From: a virus
Lineage: Duplodnaviria > Heunggongvirae > Uroviricota > Caudoviricetes
Virus record (IMG/VR): IMGVR_UViG_3300030021_000029
Coordinates: 1-16,873 of that record
Length of the DNA: 16,873 nucleotides
Direction: 5' to 3' (one strand)
Position 1 is the stretch's first letter; each line of letters opens with the position of its first letter. The notes under the pieces were generated by a model. The model did no database searches and was not told the DNA's origin. It worked only from the letters and a program-made list of their open reading frames with translations. This document shows, in pieces, positions 1 through 8,712 of the stretch. The translations under genes were made by a program, and so were the position numbers.

Positions 1-123
1 GGAGCTGGCCCCCGTGGCAACCAGCGAACCGTTATCCACAAACAGATGCAGTTTGTCCGGGTTATTGCGGACATAAGGCACCGCTTTATTGAGGGCGTGG
101 CGCAGGGATTGTGGTTTGTTCAC
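1..123 (-). CDS. R: Tail completion protein gpR-like, 5' part only (continues past window start)
   Basis: Minus-strand ORF running off the window edge; GTG start at 123 preceded by AGGAG; sits immediately after lysC as in the P2 late gene order. Assigned mainly by synteny. Confidence 0.55.
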   Translation of the reverse strand, partial: MNKPQSLRHALNKAVPYVRNNPDKLHLFVDNGSLVATGASS

Positions 124-376
124 TGTTTCGCTCCTGACACGCAATAATCATGTCCACTTTGTCTGCACAGACCGCCCAGGCGGCCTCCGTTTCATCCAGC
201 AACGCGTTCAGATCACCGTTAGTGCGCGGCGCTGCCTGCCCCAGCCGACACGGCGTCACTCGCGGACAACCACTGACGGTAAGCTGCACCTCCGGTGAGT
301 GTGGGGCGTTCCCGCAGCCGGATAATGTCAGCAGGCAAAGGAGTATCAGCCCAGCGGCGTAAATCCTCGTTCTCAC
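86..376 (-). CDS. lysC: LysC, Rz1-like outer-membrane spanin lipoprotein, embedded out of frame in lysB 3' end
   Basis: 96 aa; N-terminal signal with lipobox LTLSGC; Pro-rich; starts inside lysB in another frame and extends past its stop, the known P2 lysB/lysC arrangement. Confidence 0.7.
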   Translation of the reverse strand: MRTRIYAAGLILLCLLTLSGCGNAPHSPEVQLTVSGCPRVTPCRLGQAAPRTNGDLNALLDETEAAWAVCADKVDMIIACQERNSEQTTIPAPRPQ

Positions 377-647
377 GTTTCAGTTCCTCAATCCGGTGTT
401 GTCGTTGTCTCAGCAGTACACTGGTCTGTTCTGCTTCGGCATAGAGCCGCGCCTGCTCCCGGTTATTGGTTTCAGTCAGAATGGACAGGCTGATAAGCTG
501 GCTGTTGCTCTTTGCCAGTGCATGGCTTTTGCTCCGAAGCTCGTCTGCCTGCGTGCTGATGGTCTGGCTGGCATCAGCCAGCCGCCACGTCTGCCAGCCC
601 AGCGCCGCCAGTAATAACGCCAGCACAACCAGCAGCAACCGGTTCAT
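219..647 (-). CDS. lysB: LysB, Rz-like inner-membrane spanin
   Basis: 142 aa; N-terminal TMD (LLLVVLALLLAALGW) then long charged coiled-coil-like region; follows lysA in lysis cassette. Confidence 0.75.
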   Translation of the reverse strand: MNRLLLVVLALLLAALGWQTWRLADASQTISTQADELRSKSHALAKSNSQLISLSILTETNNREQARLYAEAEQTSVLLRQRQHRIEELKRENEDLRRWADTPLPADIIRLRERPTLTGGAAYRQWLSASDAVSAGAGSAAH

Positions 648-1021
648 GCTGCTACCTGTTGCGCCATCTGATTACGGGTGATCCAGAAGGCAATAACGGT
701 CAGTAGATAAAAGACCAGGGTAATAGCCCACCCCGTCCAGGCGAGACTGACGACAATCAGCAATCGCATCATCCAGCTGATAAATACGTTTTCTTTTCGG
801 GTAATTGTCTTCAGCAAAGATGCCCTCAACTCCTGCCAGAGCGGGCCGTTCTTAATTAACGCAGCCAGTGATACCGGAATTACTGCCCATGTCAGCAGAC
901 AGGCTACCCAGACACCAGATGCTGCCAGTACTGGAAAAATCCCCTGCGGATACACCATTGCGGCGATTAACAGCGCTATCCATAACATCAGAAACAGCCC
1001 GCTGATTACTTTCTTTTTCAT
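644..1021 (-). CDS. lysA: LysA-like multi-TMD lysis-timing membrane protein
   Basis: About 125 aa from ATG at 1021 (GGGAG upstream); several hydrophobic helices; the ORF track's longer start at 1093 overlaps the endolysin gene and is less likely. Confidence 0.6.
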   Translation of the reverse strand: MKKKVISGLFLMLWIALLIAAMVYPQGIFPVLAASGVWVACLLTWAVIPVSLAALIKNGPLWQELRASLLKTITRKENVFISWMMRLLIVVSLAWTGWAITLVFYLLTVIAFWITRNQMAQQVAA

Positions 1022-1022
1022 T

Positions 1023-1535
1023 TCAGTTTGCTCCCTGTAAGCACCAGGCCATCTCCCGCGCACGGCGGTTATCCAGCCCCTGATTAAACACACCTTTTAC
1101 ATACACCCAGCGCGGCAACTGTCGGCACGCATCCGCCCAGCGCCGCTGATTGAGCAATTTCACCAGCGTGGAACTGCAGGCATTGCCCGTTCCCACGTTG
1201 AAGGCAAACGACACCACCGAGTCATACACCTTTTGCGGCGGCTGTTGCTTCACACACCTTTCCAGCGCCCGCTCCACACGTAGCACGTTGGAGATCAGCC
1301 CTTCCGCTGCCTGTCGTTCCGTAATGGTTTTTCCTGGAATGACACCTGATGTATTACCAATGCCGTCGGTCCAGACACCCGCGCTACACTGATACGGCTG
1401 CAGACGACAGCCTTCGTAATCGGCAATCAGTTTCAGCCCCTCCACGGAGGTGTGAAGTTGCTGAAAACCCGGTAGCGTGGCAGCAATAGCCAGCACGGCC
1501 CCGACAAGGCAGCGTTTAACGATTGATGGATTCAT
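1023..1535 (-). CDS. K: Endolysin, T4-lysozyme-like muramidase with N-terminal SAR (signal-anchor-release) domain
   Basis: 170 aa; GGGAGG SD; weakly hydrophobic Gly/Ala-rich N-terminus (KRCLVGAVLAIAATLPG) followed by EGLKLIADYEGCRLQPYQCSAGVWTDGIGNT, which matches the E-D-T catalytic region and Cys pattern I recall for P1 Lyz / phage 21 R SAR endolysins. Confidence 0.85.
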   Translation of the reverse strand: MNPSIVKRCLVGAVLAIAATLPGFQQLHTSVEGLKLIADYEGCRLQPYQCSAGVWTDGIGNTSGVIPGKTITERQAAEGLISNVLRVERALERCVKQQPPQKVYDSVVSFAFNVGTGNACSSTLVKLLNQRRWADACRQLPRWVYVKGVFNQGLDNRRAREMAWCLQGAN

Positions 1536-1731
1536 AGTCCTCCCGCGAGATCTGCCCGTCGCGCAGAAGCTGGTAGGCTTTGTGTTTGTAGTACCAGTTG
1601 ATAGCCAGCATCAGCACACCAATCATCAGGCCGCCCAGCGTTGAGGCATCCTTGATGGACAAATCGCCCAGCCAGGCCAGCACGACGGCGATGCAATACG
1701 TGATAAAGGCGCTGATTCGCTCAAGCGTCAT
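1516..1731 (-). CDS. Y: Class II holin (two TMDs), possible pinholin
   Basis: 71 aa; two hydrophobic helices and a charged C-terminal tail; immediately upstream of the endolysin. Confidence 0.7.
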   Translation of the reverse strand: MTLERISAFITYCIAVVLAWLGDLSIKDASTLGGLMIGVLMLAINWYYKHKAYQLLRDGQISREDYESINR

Positions 1732-1734
1732 AAT

Positions 1735-1938
1735 TCAGTCCCATAGCTGGACGGTCTGCACGGTGGTGGTGGTCGGAATGTCCGGCAGCTCCACCTGCAG
1801 CCCGTGAGGTAAAAAGGGGCCGTATTCGGCAAGCCCCGGATTTGCCTTCAGTACCTGCTCCGTGACACCCTGCGTGCGCCCGTAATGACGCCAGCAAAGC
1901 GCGTCCACCGTGTCATACTGATGCGCACGCACTTTCAT
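1735..1938 (-). CDS. X: Tail protein X (LysM-like)
   Basis: 67 aa, same length as P2 gpX; ATGA overlap with L stop; position between L and holin. Confidence 0.8.
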   Translation of the reverse strand: MKVRAHQYDTVDALCWRHYGRTQGVTEQVLKANPGLAEYGPFLPHGLQVELPDIPTTTTVQTVQLWD

Positions 1939-2402
1939 CAGATAAGCTCCACTGTGCAGTGCGGCGCATCCTGCACCCGGCTGATGGCCCAGCGGGCGTC
2001 ACGCCACAAATCACCGCTTGCTTCCGCCAGTTCCTCGCCCCGCTTCACACCGGACGCCGTGGCGTCATAGTCCTGGTAACGTTCGTTGAGCATGGCGCGT
2101 GCCCAGCAGTAAACCGCGTTGAAATAGTGCTGAATGCGCTCACTTTTGCCGTCCAGCTGTTCCGCCGGAACCTCAGCCAGCGACACATACCCCAGCATCT
2201 GCTGACGTCTGCGAAACTCATACAGCTCTGCGTTGACCTCCGAAATTGCCGACAGCGCAACCTGCTTTAAACGCGGCTGCGTCACCGTGCCGTCAGTGCG
2301 CATCACGCTGCGAAACTCCGACAGGTCCACATCAGGCCAGAACGGCGTATTCCTGATGATTTCCGCCTGTTCCGGTGCCTGTTCTGGCGCAACAAACTTC
2401 AT
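1938..2402 (-). CDS. L: Head completion/stabilisation protein gpL-like
   Basis: ATG at 2402 with AGGAG SD; the ORF track's start at 2465 is a GTG codon. Position after the small terminase gene. Confidence 0.7.
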   Translation of the reverse strand: MKFVAPEQAPEQAEIIRNTPFWPDVDLSEFRSVMRTDGTVTQPRLKQVALSAISEVNAELYEFRRRQQMLGYVSLAEVPAEQLDGKSERIQHYFNAVYCWARAMLNERYQDYDATASGVKRGEELAEASGDLWRDARWAISRVQDAPHCTVELI

Positions 2403-2497
2403 GCTGCTTTCTCCTGAAATAGAGGGCGGTGGACGAGGTTTTGATGTGGCAGTGCCTTTCGCCACCCCGTGCCGCCCGTGCGCGGGGGCACGTTCTG

Positions 2498-3148
2498 TCA
2501 GCGGCTGTCATTGCGCAGTCTGCGCTCCAGCTGCTGTTTGTCTTTTTTCACGCCACAGCGAGGATCGAGCTGTAACGCATGGTTGAGATGATTAAGGGCA
2601 GACGCCGGATTTCTTTCACTCAGGACAGCGCCAATCGCTTTATGCAGACGCGCCCGTGACTGGTCCGGCATATCCAGACCGTCTGTCAGCTCCAGCGTCT
2701 GCAGCAACAGATCGGCATCAAAGCCGGTGGCGGCAAGCATAGTGCTCTGCGCCGCGTCTGCCATTTCCTCTGCCAGCACGGTCTGCACGTTGCGGTTACC
2801 CAGCGGCATCACCCAGCCATGACGCAGGGCATGACGCCCGATCTCCAGCGCCCCTGCATAATCTCCGGCATCAATGCGCCACAGCATCACGTACATCAGC
2901 ACGTCATCCTGTTGAGCGCCTCCGGCAGCCAGAACGCCCTCCGCCCAGGCGGCATATTTCGGCAGCAGCTCCACCTTGATTTCTGCTTTTTTGACCGTGG
3001 ACTGAACGCCCTTGAGACGGCGGCGGTCTTCCGCCAGTTGCAGCAGCATCAGGTCATAGCCCGACGCGTGGCGAACACTGCCACCCTCGCGAGCGGCCTG
3101 TTCAGCCTGAACGCGCAGGCGATGCTGCCGTGCGGGACTCAGGCTCAT
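2498..3148 (-). CDS. M: Terminase small (endonuclease) subunit gpM-like
   Basis: 216 aa; position between capsid N and L as in P2; start 4 nt after N stop. Confidence 0.8.
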   Translation of the reverse strand: MSLSPARQHRLRVQAEQAAREGGSVRHASGYDLMLLQLAEDRRRLKGVQSTVKKAEIKVELLPKYAAWAEGVLAAGGAQQDDVLMYVMLWRIDAGDYAGALEIGRHALRHGWVMPLGNRNVQTVLAEEMADAAQSTMLAATGFDADLLLQTLELTDGLDMPDQSRARLHKAIGAVLSERNPASALNHLNHALQLDPRCGVKKDKQQLERRLRNDSR

Positions 3149-3151
3149 GAA

Positions 3152-4210
3152 TTACGCTCCGGTTTCTGCTGCGGCGGCGCTGAAGTCACCAATCTGGATG
3201 TTTTCCACCAGTGCAGCGCAGCGATAGTCCTCAACCACATAGGCTTCGTTAACGGATTCAAAATTTTCAATCCGGTCACGTTTCGGGTTGTCGATAACTG
3301 AACGGCGGCGGGTATCTTCCTGCCAGTAGATGGACAGGTTATCCAGACGGGTGATCAGCAGCGCATTCGGCGGGAAGAACGGCGCACGCACTGCCTGCAG
3401 GCCACCCATGCGTTTCTGACTGATGATCATATCGGCAGCCAGTTTTTCACTGTTTTCCTGCTCTTTGTTGACCAGCGGGAAATACTTGTCAGACAGCAGT
3501 TCACGACCGCAAATCACCACCAGATCGTCATCGTCCTGGTAGACCACATCGATAAGCTCATTGACGGCATCCATCACTACGGCGTCCAGGTTGGCATATT
3601 CGCCACCTTTCCCGACTTTCACCGCGCCCGGAGTGGTTTCACCGCCCGTGGTGGTGCTGCCCATGACGTGATCCGGTGCATCTTCACGGATTTTCTGCAG
3701 CCAGCCTTTGTTCACATCCTGCAGCAGCGGGTTTTCGCTACGGTTGGAGGTTTTCGCACGCTTCACGCCGTTAAAGCCGATCATGATGCGGTCCAGTGCC
3801 TGACGTTTTACGATGGCGTCACGGATACGCACCTGGAAATCCTGAAACTTCGCCCACAGGTCCAGCTTCGCGTAGGTCAGCACCGTGTCAAAGTTAGTCT
3901 GCTCGCATTTGTATTCCACATCGACCATTAGCGTCGGATCGACAGGCTCACGCTCTTTAGCTGTGGTATCAGTGGTTCCGGCAATGGTGCTGCCAACACC
4001 CAGCCCCAGCAACTGACCAGACTGCTCAGTCACTGGCGTGACGTTAATCAGCGTCAGGAATGCGGCGGACTGCTGGATCTGATCTTCCAGCGTCTGCTGC
4101 ACAGACGGCTCTACAGTGAACTTGCTGGACAGTTCTTCAACGGCCACACCGTTCAGACGCGCCAGCTGCTGCAGGTAAGCGTTAAAAGCAAAGCGGGTAT
4201 TCTTCTTCAT
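3152..4210 (-). CDS. N: Major capsid protein gpN-like
   Basis: 352 aa (P2 gpN is about 357 aa); follows scaffold gene; GC-rich phage codon usage. Confidence 0.9.
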   Translation of the reverse strand: MKKNTRFAFNAYLQQLARLNGVAVEELSSKFTVEPSVQQTLEDQIQQSAAFLTLINVTPVTEQSGQLLGLGVGSTIAGTTDTTAKEREPVDPTLMVDVEYKCEQTNFDTVLTYAKLDLWAKFQDFQVRIRDAIVKRQALDRIMIGFNGVKRAKTSNRSENPLLQDVNKGWLQKIREDAPDHVMGSTTTGGETTPGAVKVGKGGEYANLDAVVMDAVNELIDVVYQDDDDLVVICGRELLSDKYFPLVNKEQENSEKLAADMIISQKRMGGLQAVRAPFFPPNALLITRLDNLSIYWQEDTRRRSVIDNPKRDRIENFESVNEAYVVEDYRCAALVENIQIGDFSAAAAETGA

Positions 4211-4226
4211 CGGGTTTTGTGCTCCA

Positions 4227-5060
4227 TCAGCAATTGGTCAGAGTGTCAGCGGGGGCGTTACCGCCTGTTGCACGCTGGCGGTAGTCCTGGCGGCTGTCTT
4301 CATGACTCAGCTTATTCACCAGTTCGTTAAAGGCGGTCTGCTGTGCCTGCAGGGCAGTCTCCAGCTCAGACAGACGTTCTTCCTGCTCAGACAGGGATTT
4401 TTCGGTGCGTGCGCTCAGGTTTTGCTGCTCAGTGGCGACCAACTCCACGGCCTTATGCACATCAGAGAACCGGGCATCGTCGGACTGCTCTTTTTTGGTG
4501 AACAGTGCCGTGACGCGGGCAAACAGAGACGGCTTGTCCTCCTGGATTTCTTCCAGTTCGATCACCGTTTCCTCTGCGGCGGTAAAGAGATTGGCGGGAT
4601 TCTGCTTGCGGTTTGCCAGCGGGTTATGGGCTGCACTGGCGCTGAATGTCAGCATTTCAGTGCCCAGACTGGCAGGGTCATCAGTGGCAGCCAGGCCGAC
4701 CAGGTAGGCTTTGCCCGTATCAGCAAACTTCGGACTGACTTCCATAGATGTGAATAATTTCTGGCCTTTTTTCACCAGTTCCACCAGGGATTCCGTTGGC
4801 TCAACGTCGGCATACAGCGCCATCTTGCCTGCCAACGGACCTTCCGTGATTTCTTCAGCAAACAGCGCCGTCACCTTGCCGTAGCGGTTAAAGGTGCTGT
4901 CCGGCAGATAAGACTTGATGTGCTCAAGGTTAATCAGCGCGGTATACACCGCCGGGTTGTAGCTGGCTGCCATCTGTTCCAGCCATTCACGCTGGATTTC
5001 GCGTCCGTCGGTGGTGGCACCTTCCACCCCGATGCGAAAACGCTTTGCTTTCACTGTCAT
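4227..5060 (-). CDS. O: Capsid scaffolding protein gpO-like
   Basis: 277 aa; acidic, coiled-coil-rich C-terminal half; first gene of leftward late operon, divergent from P. Confidence 0.85.
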   Translation of the reverse strand: MTVKAKRFRIGVEGATTDGREIQREWLEQMAASYNPAVYTALINLEHIKSYLPDSTFNRYGKVTALFAEEITEGPLAGKMALYADVEPTESLVELVKKGQKLFTSMEVSPKFADTGKAYLVGLAATDDPASLGTEMLTFSASAAHNPLANRKQNPANLFTAAEETVIELEEIQEDKPSLFARVTALFTKKEQSDDARFSDVHKAVELVATEQQNLSARTEKSLSEQEERLSELETALQAQQTAFNELVNKLSHEDSRQDYRQRATGGNAPADTLTNC

Positions 5061-5202
5061 GAGCCGTGCTCCGTTAGAAAAAACTTACTGGAGCCTTATG
5101 GTTGCGGTGATGGGGGCAGTGAAACAATGCGCGGTATTTGTACCGACAACCACACAAACCGCAGGCGGGGAAAGCCTTCATTCAAGGCTGTAGGTTTGTG
5201 CC
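5061..5202. promoter_or_regulatory. Divergent late-promoter region between O and P (expected Ogr/B-activated promoters)
   Basis: 142-bp gap between divergently transcribed late operons; contains hairpin AGCCTT-cattc-AAGGCT at 5173..5189. Exact promoter elements not resolved by eye. Confidence 0.4.
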
Positions 5203-6969
5203 ATGAACACCACACTGACACCCGCAGATCTCGATCCCCGTCGGCAGGCCATGCTGCTGTACTTTCAGGGATACCGCGTCGCCCGCATTGCTGAAATGCT
5301 GGGCGAGAAAGTTGCAACTGTTCACAGCTGGAAAAAACGCGACAAGTGGGGTGACTATGGGCCGCTGGATCAGATGCAGCTCACCACCGCCGCACGCTAC
5401 TGCCAGCTCATTATGAAGGAGCACAAAGAAGGGAAAGATTTCAAAGAGATTGACCTGCTGGCGCGCCAGTCGGAGCGCCACGCGCGGATCGGCAAGTTTA
5501 ACAATGGCGGCAACGAAGCCGATTTAAACCCTAACGTCGCCAACCGCAACAAAGGCCCACGCCGTCAGCCGGAAAAGAATGTTTTCACCGATGAACAGAT
5601 TGAGAAGCTGGAAGAAATCTTCCATTCCTCCATGTTCAACTACCAGCGCCACTGGTGGGAAGCCGGAAAAACCAACCGCATCCGCAACCTGCTGAAGTCA
5701 CGCCAGATCGGCGCAACCTTCTATTTTGCCCGTGAAGCCCTGATTGACGCCCTGCTGACCGGACGTAACCAGATTTTCCTTTCCGCCAGCAAGGCACAGG
5801 CCCACGTCTTTAAGCAGTACATCTTCGACTTCGCCAAAGAAGTGGAGGTGGAGCTGAAAGGTGATCCGATGGTGCTTCCTAACGGTGCCACGCTTTACTT
5901 CCTCGGCACCAATGCCCGCACTGCCCAGAGTTATCACGGCAACCTGTATCTGGATGAATATTTCTGGATACCGAAATTTCAGGAGCTGCGTAAAGTGGCT
6001 TCCGGTATGGCTATTCACAAAAAATGGCGACAAACCTATTTTTCCACGCCATCAAGCCTGACCCACAGTGCTTATCCGTTCTGGTCCGGTGCGCTGTTCA
6101 ACCGTGGACGCAACAAAGCCGACAAGGTGGACATCGACCTGTCCCACAGCAATCTGGCCCCCGGCCTGCTGTGCGCAGACGGGCAATACCGCCAGATAGT
6201 CACCGTGGAAGATGCGGTGCGCGGCGGCTGCAACCTGTTCGACCTTGACCAGTTGCGCATGGAGTACAGCCCGGACGAATACCAGAACCTGCTGATGTGC
6301 GAGTTTGTGGACGATCTCGCGTCCGTGTTTCCGCTCAGCGAGCTGCAGGCGTGCATGGTGGACAGTTGGGAAGTCTGGACCGACTTTCATGCACTGGCCC
6401 TTCGCCCGTTTGGGTGGCGCGAAGTGTGGATCGGTTATGACCCGGCAAAAGGTACGCAGAACGGCGACAGCGCCGGATGCGTGGTGGTGGCACCGCCAGC
6501 CGTGCCGGGCGGTAAGTTCCGTATTCTTGAGCGCCACCAGTGGCGCGGGATGGACTTCCGCGCCCAGGCGGACGCCATCAAAAAACTGACCGAACAGTAC
6601 AACGTGACATATATCGGCATCGACTCGACGGGTGTCGGTCACGGGGTTTACGAGAACGTGAAAGCGTTTTTTCCTGCCGTCCGGGAGTTTGTCTACAACC
6701 CCAACGTTAAAAATGCCCTGGTACTCAAGGCATACGACATTATCAGCCACCGCCGTCTGGAGTTTGACGCCGGGCACACCGACATTGCGCAGTCATTCAT
6801 GGCAATCCGTCGCGCCACCACCGCCAGTGGCAACCGCCCGACCTATGAAGCCAGCCGCAGCGAAGAAGCCAGCCACGCCGATCTGGCCTGGGCAACGATG
6901 CACGCACTGTTTAATGAACCGCTGCAGGGCGAGTCCGCCAATACAAGCAATATTGTGGAGATTTTTTGA
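5203..6969 (+). CDS. P: Terminase large (ATPase) subunit gpP-like
   Basis: 588 aa (P2 gpP about 590 aa); overlaps portal start by TGATG. Confidence 0.9.
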   Translation: MNTTLTPADLDPRRQAMLLYFQGYRVARIAEMLGEKVATVHSWKKRDKWGDYGPLDQMQLTTAARYCQLIMKEHKEGKDFKEIDLLARQSERHARIGKFNNGGNEADLNPNVANRNKGPRRQPEKNVFTDEQIEKLEEIFHSSMFNYQRHWWEAGKTNRIRNLLKSRQIGATFYFAREALIDALLTGRNQIFLSASKAQAHVFKQYIFDFAKEVEVELKGDPMVLPNGATLYFLGTNARTAQSYHGNLYLDEYFWIPKFQELRKVASGMAIHKKWRQTYFSTPSSLTHSAYPFWSGALFNRGRNKADKVDIDLSHSNLAPGLLCADGQYRQIVTVEDAVRGGCNLFDLDQLRMEYSPDEYQNLLMCEFVDDLASVFPLSELQACMVDSWEVWTDFHALALRPFGWREVWIGYDPAKGTQNGDSAGCVVVAPPAVPGGKFRILERHQWRGMDFRAQADAIKKLTEQYNVTYIGIDSTGVGHGVYENVKAFFPAVREFVYNPNVKNALVLKAYDIISHRRLEFDAGHTDIAQSFMAIRRATTASGNRPTYEASRSEEASHADLAWATMHALFNEPLQGESANTSNIVEIF

Positions 6970-8015
6970 TGGGAAAGAGTAAGAAAAACCGCGCTGCGGC
7001 GATGAATCACATCCAGCATAAAAGCCAGACTTCAGCCGAAGCATTCAGCTTCGGCGATCCCGTTCCTGTTCTGGACCGCCGAGAATTACTGGACTATGTG
7101 GAATGCGTACAGATGGACCGTTGGTATGAGCCGCCCGTCAGCTTTGACGGACTGGCGCGCACCTTCCGCGCCGCCGTGCATCACAGTTCCCCGATTGCAG
7201 TAAAGTGCAACATTCTGACCAGTACCTATATCCCTCATCCGCTGCTCAGCCAGCAGGCTTTTTCGCGTTTTGTGCAGGACTATCTGGTATTTGGTAACGC
7301 CTACCTGGAGAAACGCACGAACCGCTTCGGTGAAGTTATCGCCCTTGAACCGACCCTGGCAAAATACACCCGACGCGGATTAGACCTGGATACCTACTGG
7401 TTTGTGCAATACGGCATGACTACGCAGCCGTATCAGTTCACGAAAGGCAGCATTTTTCATCTGATGGAACCGGACATCAACCAGGAGATCTACGGCCTGC
7501 CCGGTTATCTTTCTGCCATTCCGTCAGCCCTGCTCAACGAGTCCGCCACGCTGTTCCGCCGCAAGTATTACATTAACGGCAGTCATGCAGGCTTCATCAT
7601 GTACATGACCGATGCAGCGCAGAACCAGGAGGATGTGAACAACCTCCGCAATGCGATGAAAAGCGCCAAAGGTCCTGGTAACTTCCGTAACCTGTTTATG
7701 TACTCGCCTAACGGTAAAAAGGACGGGCTTCAGATTATCCCGTTGTCAGAAGTGGCGGCGAAGGATGAGTTCCTGAATATCAAGAACGTGAGCCGGGACG
7801 ACATGATGGCGGCGCATCGTGTGCCGCCACAAATGATGGGGATAATGCCTAATAATGTCGGGGGGTTTGGGGATGTAGAAAAGGCAAGCCGTGTCTTTGT
7901 CCGCAACGAGTTGATACCTCTGCAGAAACGCCTACAGGAACTTAACAACTGGCTGGGCGATGAAGTTATACGTTTCGAGCCGTACACTTTAGATATTCAG
8001 AATGAAAAGAAATAA
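6969..8015 (+). CDS. Q: Portal protein gpQ-like
   Basis: 348 aa from ATG at 6969 (the track's 6966 start is TTG); directly downstream of terminase. Confidence 0.9.
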   Translation: MGKSKKNRAAAMNHIQHKSQTSAEAFSFGDPVPVLDRRELLDYVECVQMDRWYEPPVSFDGLARTFRAAVHHSSPIAVKCNILTSTYIPHPLLSQQAFSRFVQDYLVFGNAYLEKRTNRFGEVIALEPTLAKYTRRGLDLDTYWFVQYGMTTQPYQFTKGSIFHLMEPDINQEIYGLPGYLSAIPSALLNESATLFRRKYYINGSHAGFIMYMTDAAQNQEDVNNLRNAMKSAKGPGNFRNLFMYSPNGKKDGLQIIPLSEVAAKDEFLNIKNVSRDDMMAAHRVPPQMMGIMPNNVGGFGDVEKASRVFVRNELIPLQKRLQELNNWLGDEVIRFEPYTLDIQNEKK

Positions 8016-8043
8016 AAGTTAGCGAATAAAAATCATTAGCATA

Positions 8044-8062
8044 GGCCGCAAACTGAGCGGCC
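8044..8062. terminator. Bidirectional stem-loop terminator between convergent Q and the 89-aa gene
   Basis: GGCCGC-aaactga-GCGGCC hairpin, T-rich on the plus side (TTATTCATT) and U-rich on the minus side. Confidence 0.5.
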
Positions 8063-8069
8063 TTATTCA

Positions 8070-8339
8070 TTACCAATTTCTTTTTTCGGAGTTTAGCCAA
8101 TCACCGCATGGATAATATCTTGACGCCCATTCACCTTGTAAACGAGCTACAAACAGAATATCGTTACTATCGACCCTGGCTTGGAGTCCGTCACGCAGTT
8201 GAGTTGCGGTCAGCGTTGTATCTACTAACCAAAATGATTCAAGATATTTACAGTATGTAAATTGCTTTAGATAGTCAAAAACTTCATCGTAGTTTCTTCC
8301 CGGAGCCTTCAAGTCATAGGTTATACAATAAATAGCCAT
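8070..8339 (-). CDS. Hypothetical 89-aa protein, second gene of AT-rich two-gene cassette
   Basis: ATG at 8339, 3 nt after the upstream gene's TAG with GGAG inside that gene's 3' end (translational coupling); clearly AT-rich versus flanking phage genes; no family recognised. Confidence 0.55.
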   Translation of the reverse strand: MAIYCITYDLKAPGRNYDEVFDYLKQFTYCKYLESFWLVDTTLTATQLRDGLQARVDSNDILFVARLQGEWASRYYPCGDWLNSEKRNW

Positions 8340-8342
8340 TCT

Positions 8343-8525
8343 CTAAGCTCCGCATTTTTTATCATTTGGGGAACATCTTAACCTGCGACATTTGCGGCAA
8401 TACGATTGAGGGATCAGCCGCTCTCCTTCCATAGTTCTAAAACCAAACACTTCTTCAATTTTGTTCAAATCACCACTTGCAATAACCCCACAGCAGGGGC
8501 AGACAGCCTCAATTTGAAATGCCAT
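8343..8525 (-). CDS. Hypothetical small zinc-ribbon protein, first gene of AT-rich cassette
   Basis: Track ORF 8343..8588 starts at a TTG; ATG at 8525 has GGAG 8 nt upstream (alternative ATG at 8537). Cys pattern CPCC...(about 30 aa)...CRKC suggests a four-Cys zinc ribbon. Confidence 0.5.
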   Translation of the reverse strand: MAFQIEAVCPCCGVIASGDLNKIEEVFGFRTMEGERLIPQSYCRKCRRLRCSPNDKKCGA

Positions 8526-8624
8526 GTCTATCTCCATTCCACATGTTGAATGTAGGGTAATACTTCCTTTCAAGCAAAAATGAGACAAGGATCTTGAAAC
8601 CTAATTTAAACTTGCTTGCGCGCG

Positions 8625-8643
8625 CTCGTATCCCCGCCACGCC
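8625..8643. other. Candidate cos (cohesive end) site
   Basis: Reverse complement reads GGCGTGGCGGGGATACGAG; the first 13 nt equal the 186 cohesive-end sequence as I recall it (GGCGTGGCGGGGAAAGCAT). Located between replication gene A and portal Q, where cos lies in P2/186. Confidence 0.5.
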
Positions 8644-8685
8644 TGCCCGCTTTATGTAGTGGTTTTCATGCACCTGCATGATCTA

Positions 8686-8712
8686 CGCAAAAGCCCGCCA
8701 GTTCTGGCGGGC
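8686..8712 (-). terminator. Rho-independent terminator for the LexA-regulated DinI-like operon
   Basis: GCCCGCCAG-tt-CTGGCGGGC perfect inverted repeat, followed on the minus strand by TTTTGCG. Confidence 0.45.

Noticed and set aside
5164-5175. GGCGGGGAAAGC 12-mer resembling the cos core
   Set aside because: It lies in the O/P late-promoter region, not between A and Q; probably a chance GC-rich match.
5698-6777. Antisense ORFs inside the terminase gene (5698..6033, 6052..6777, 6072..6356)
   Set aside because: Fully contained within a strongly supported gene on the other strand; typical GC-rich artefacts.
8070-8339. Cas2/VapD-like identity for the 89-aa protein
   Set aside because: Only a loose resemblance in strand/helix pattern; no cas genes or CRISPR array, and no diagnostic motif I can verify without a profile search.
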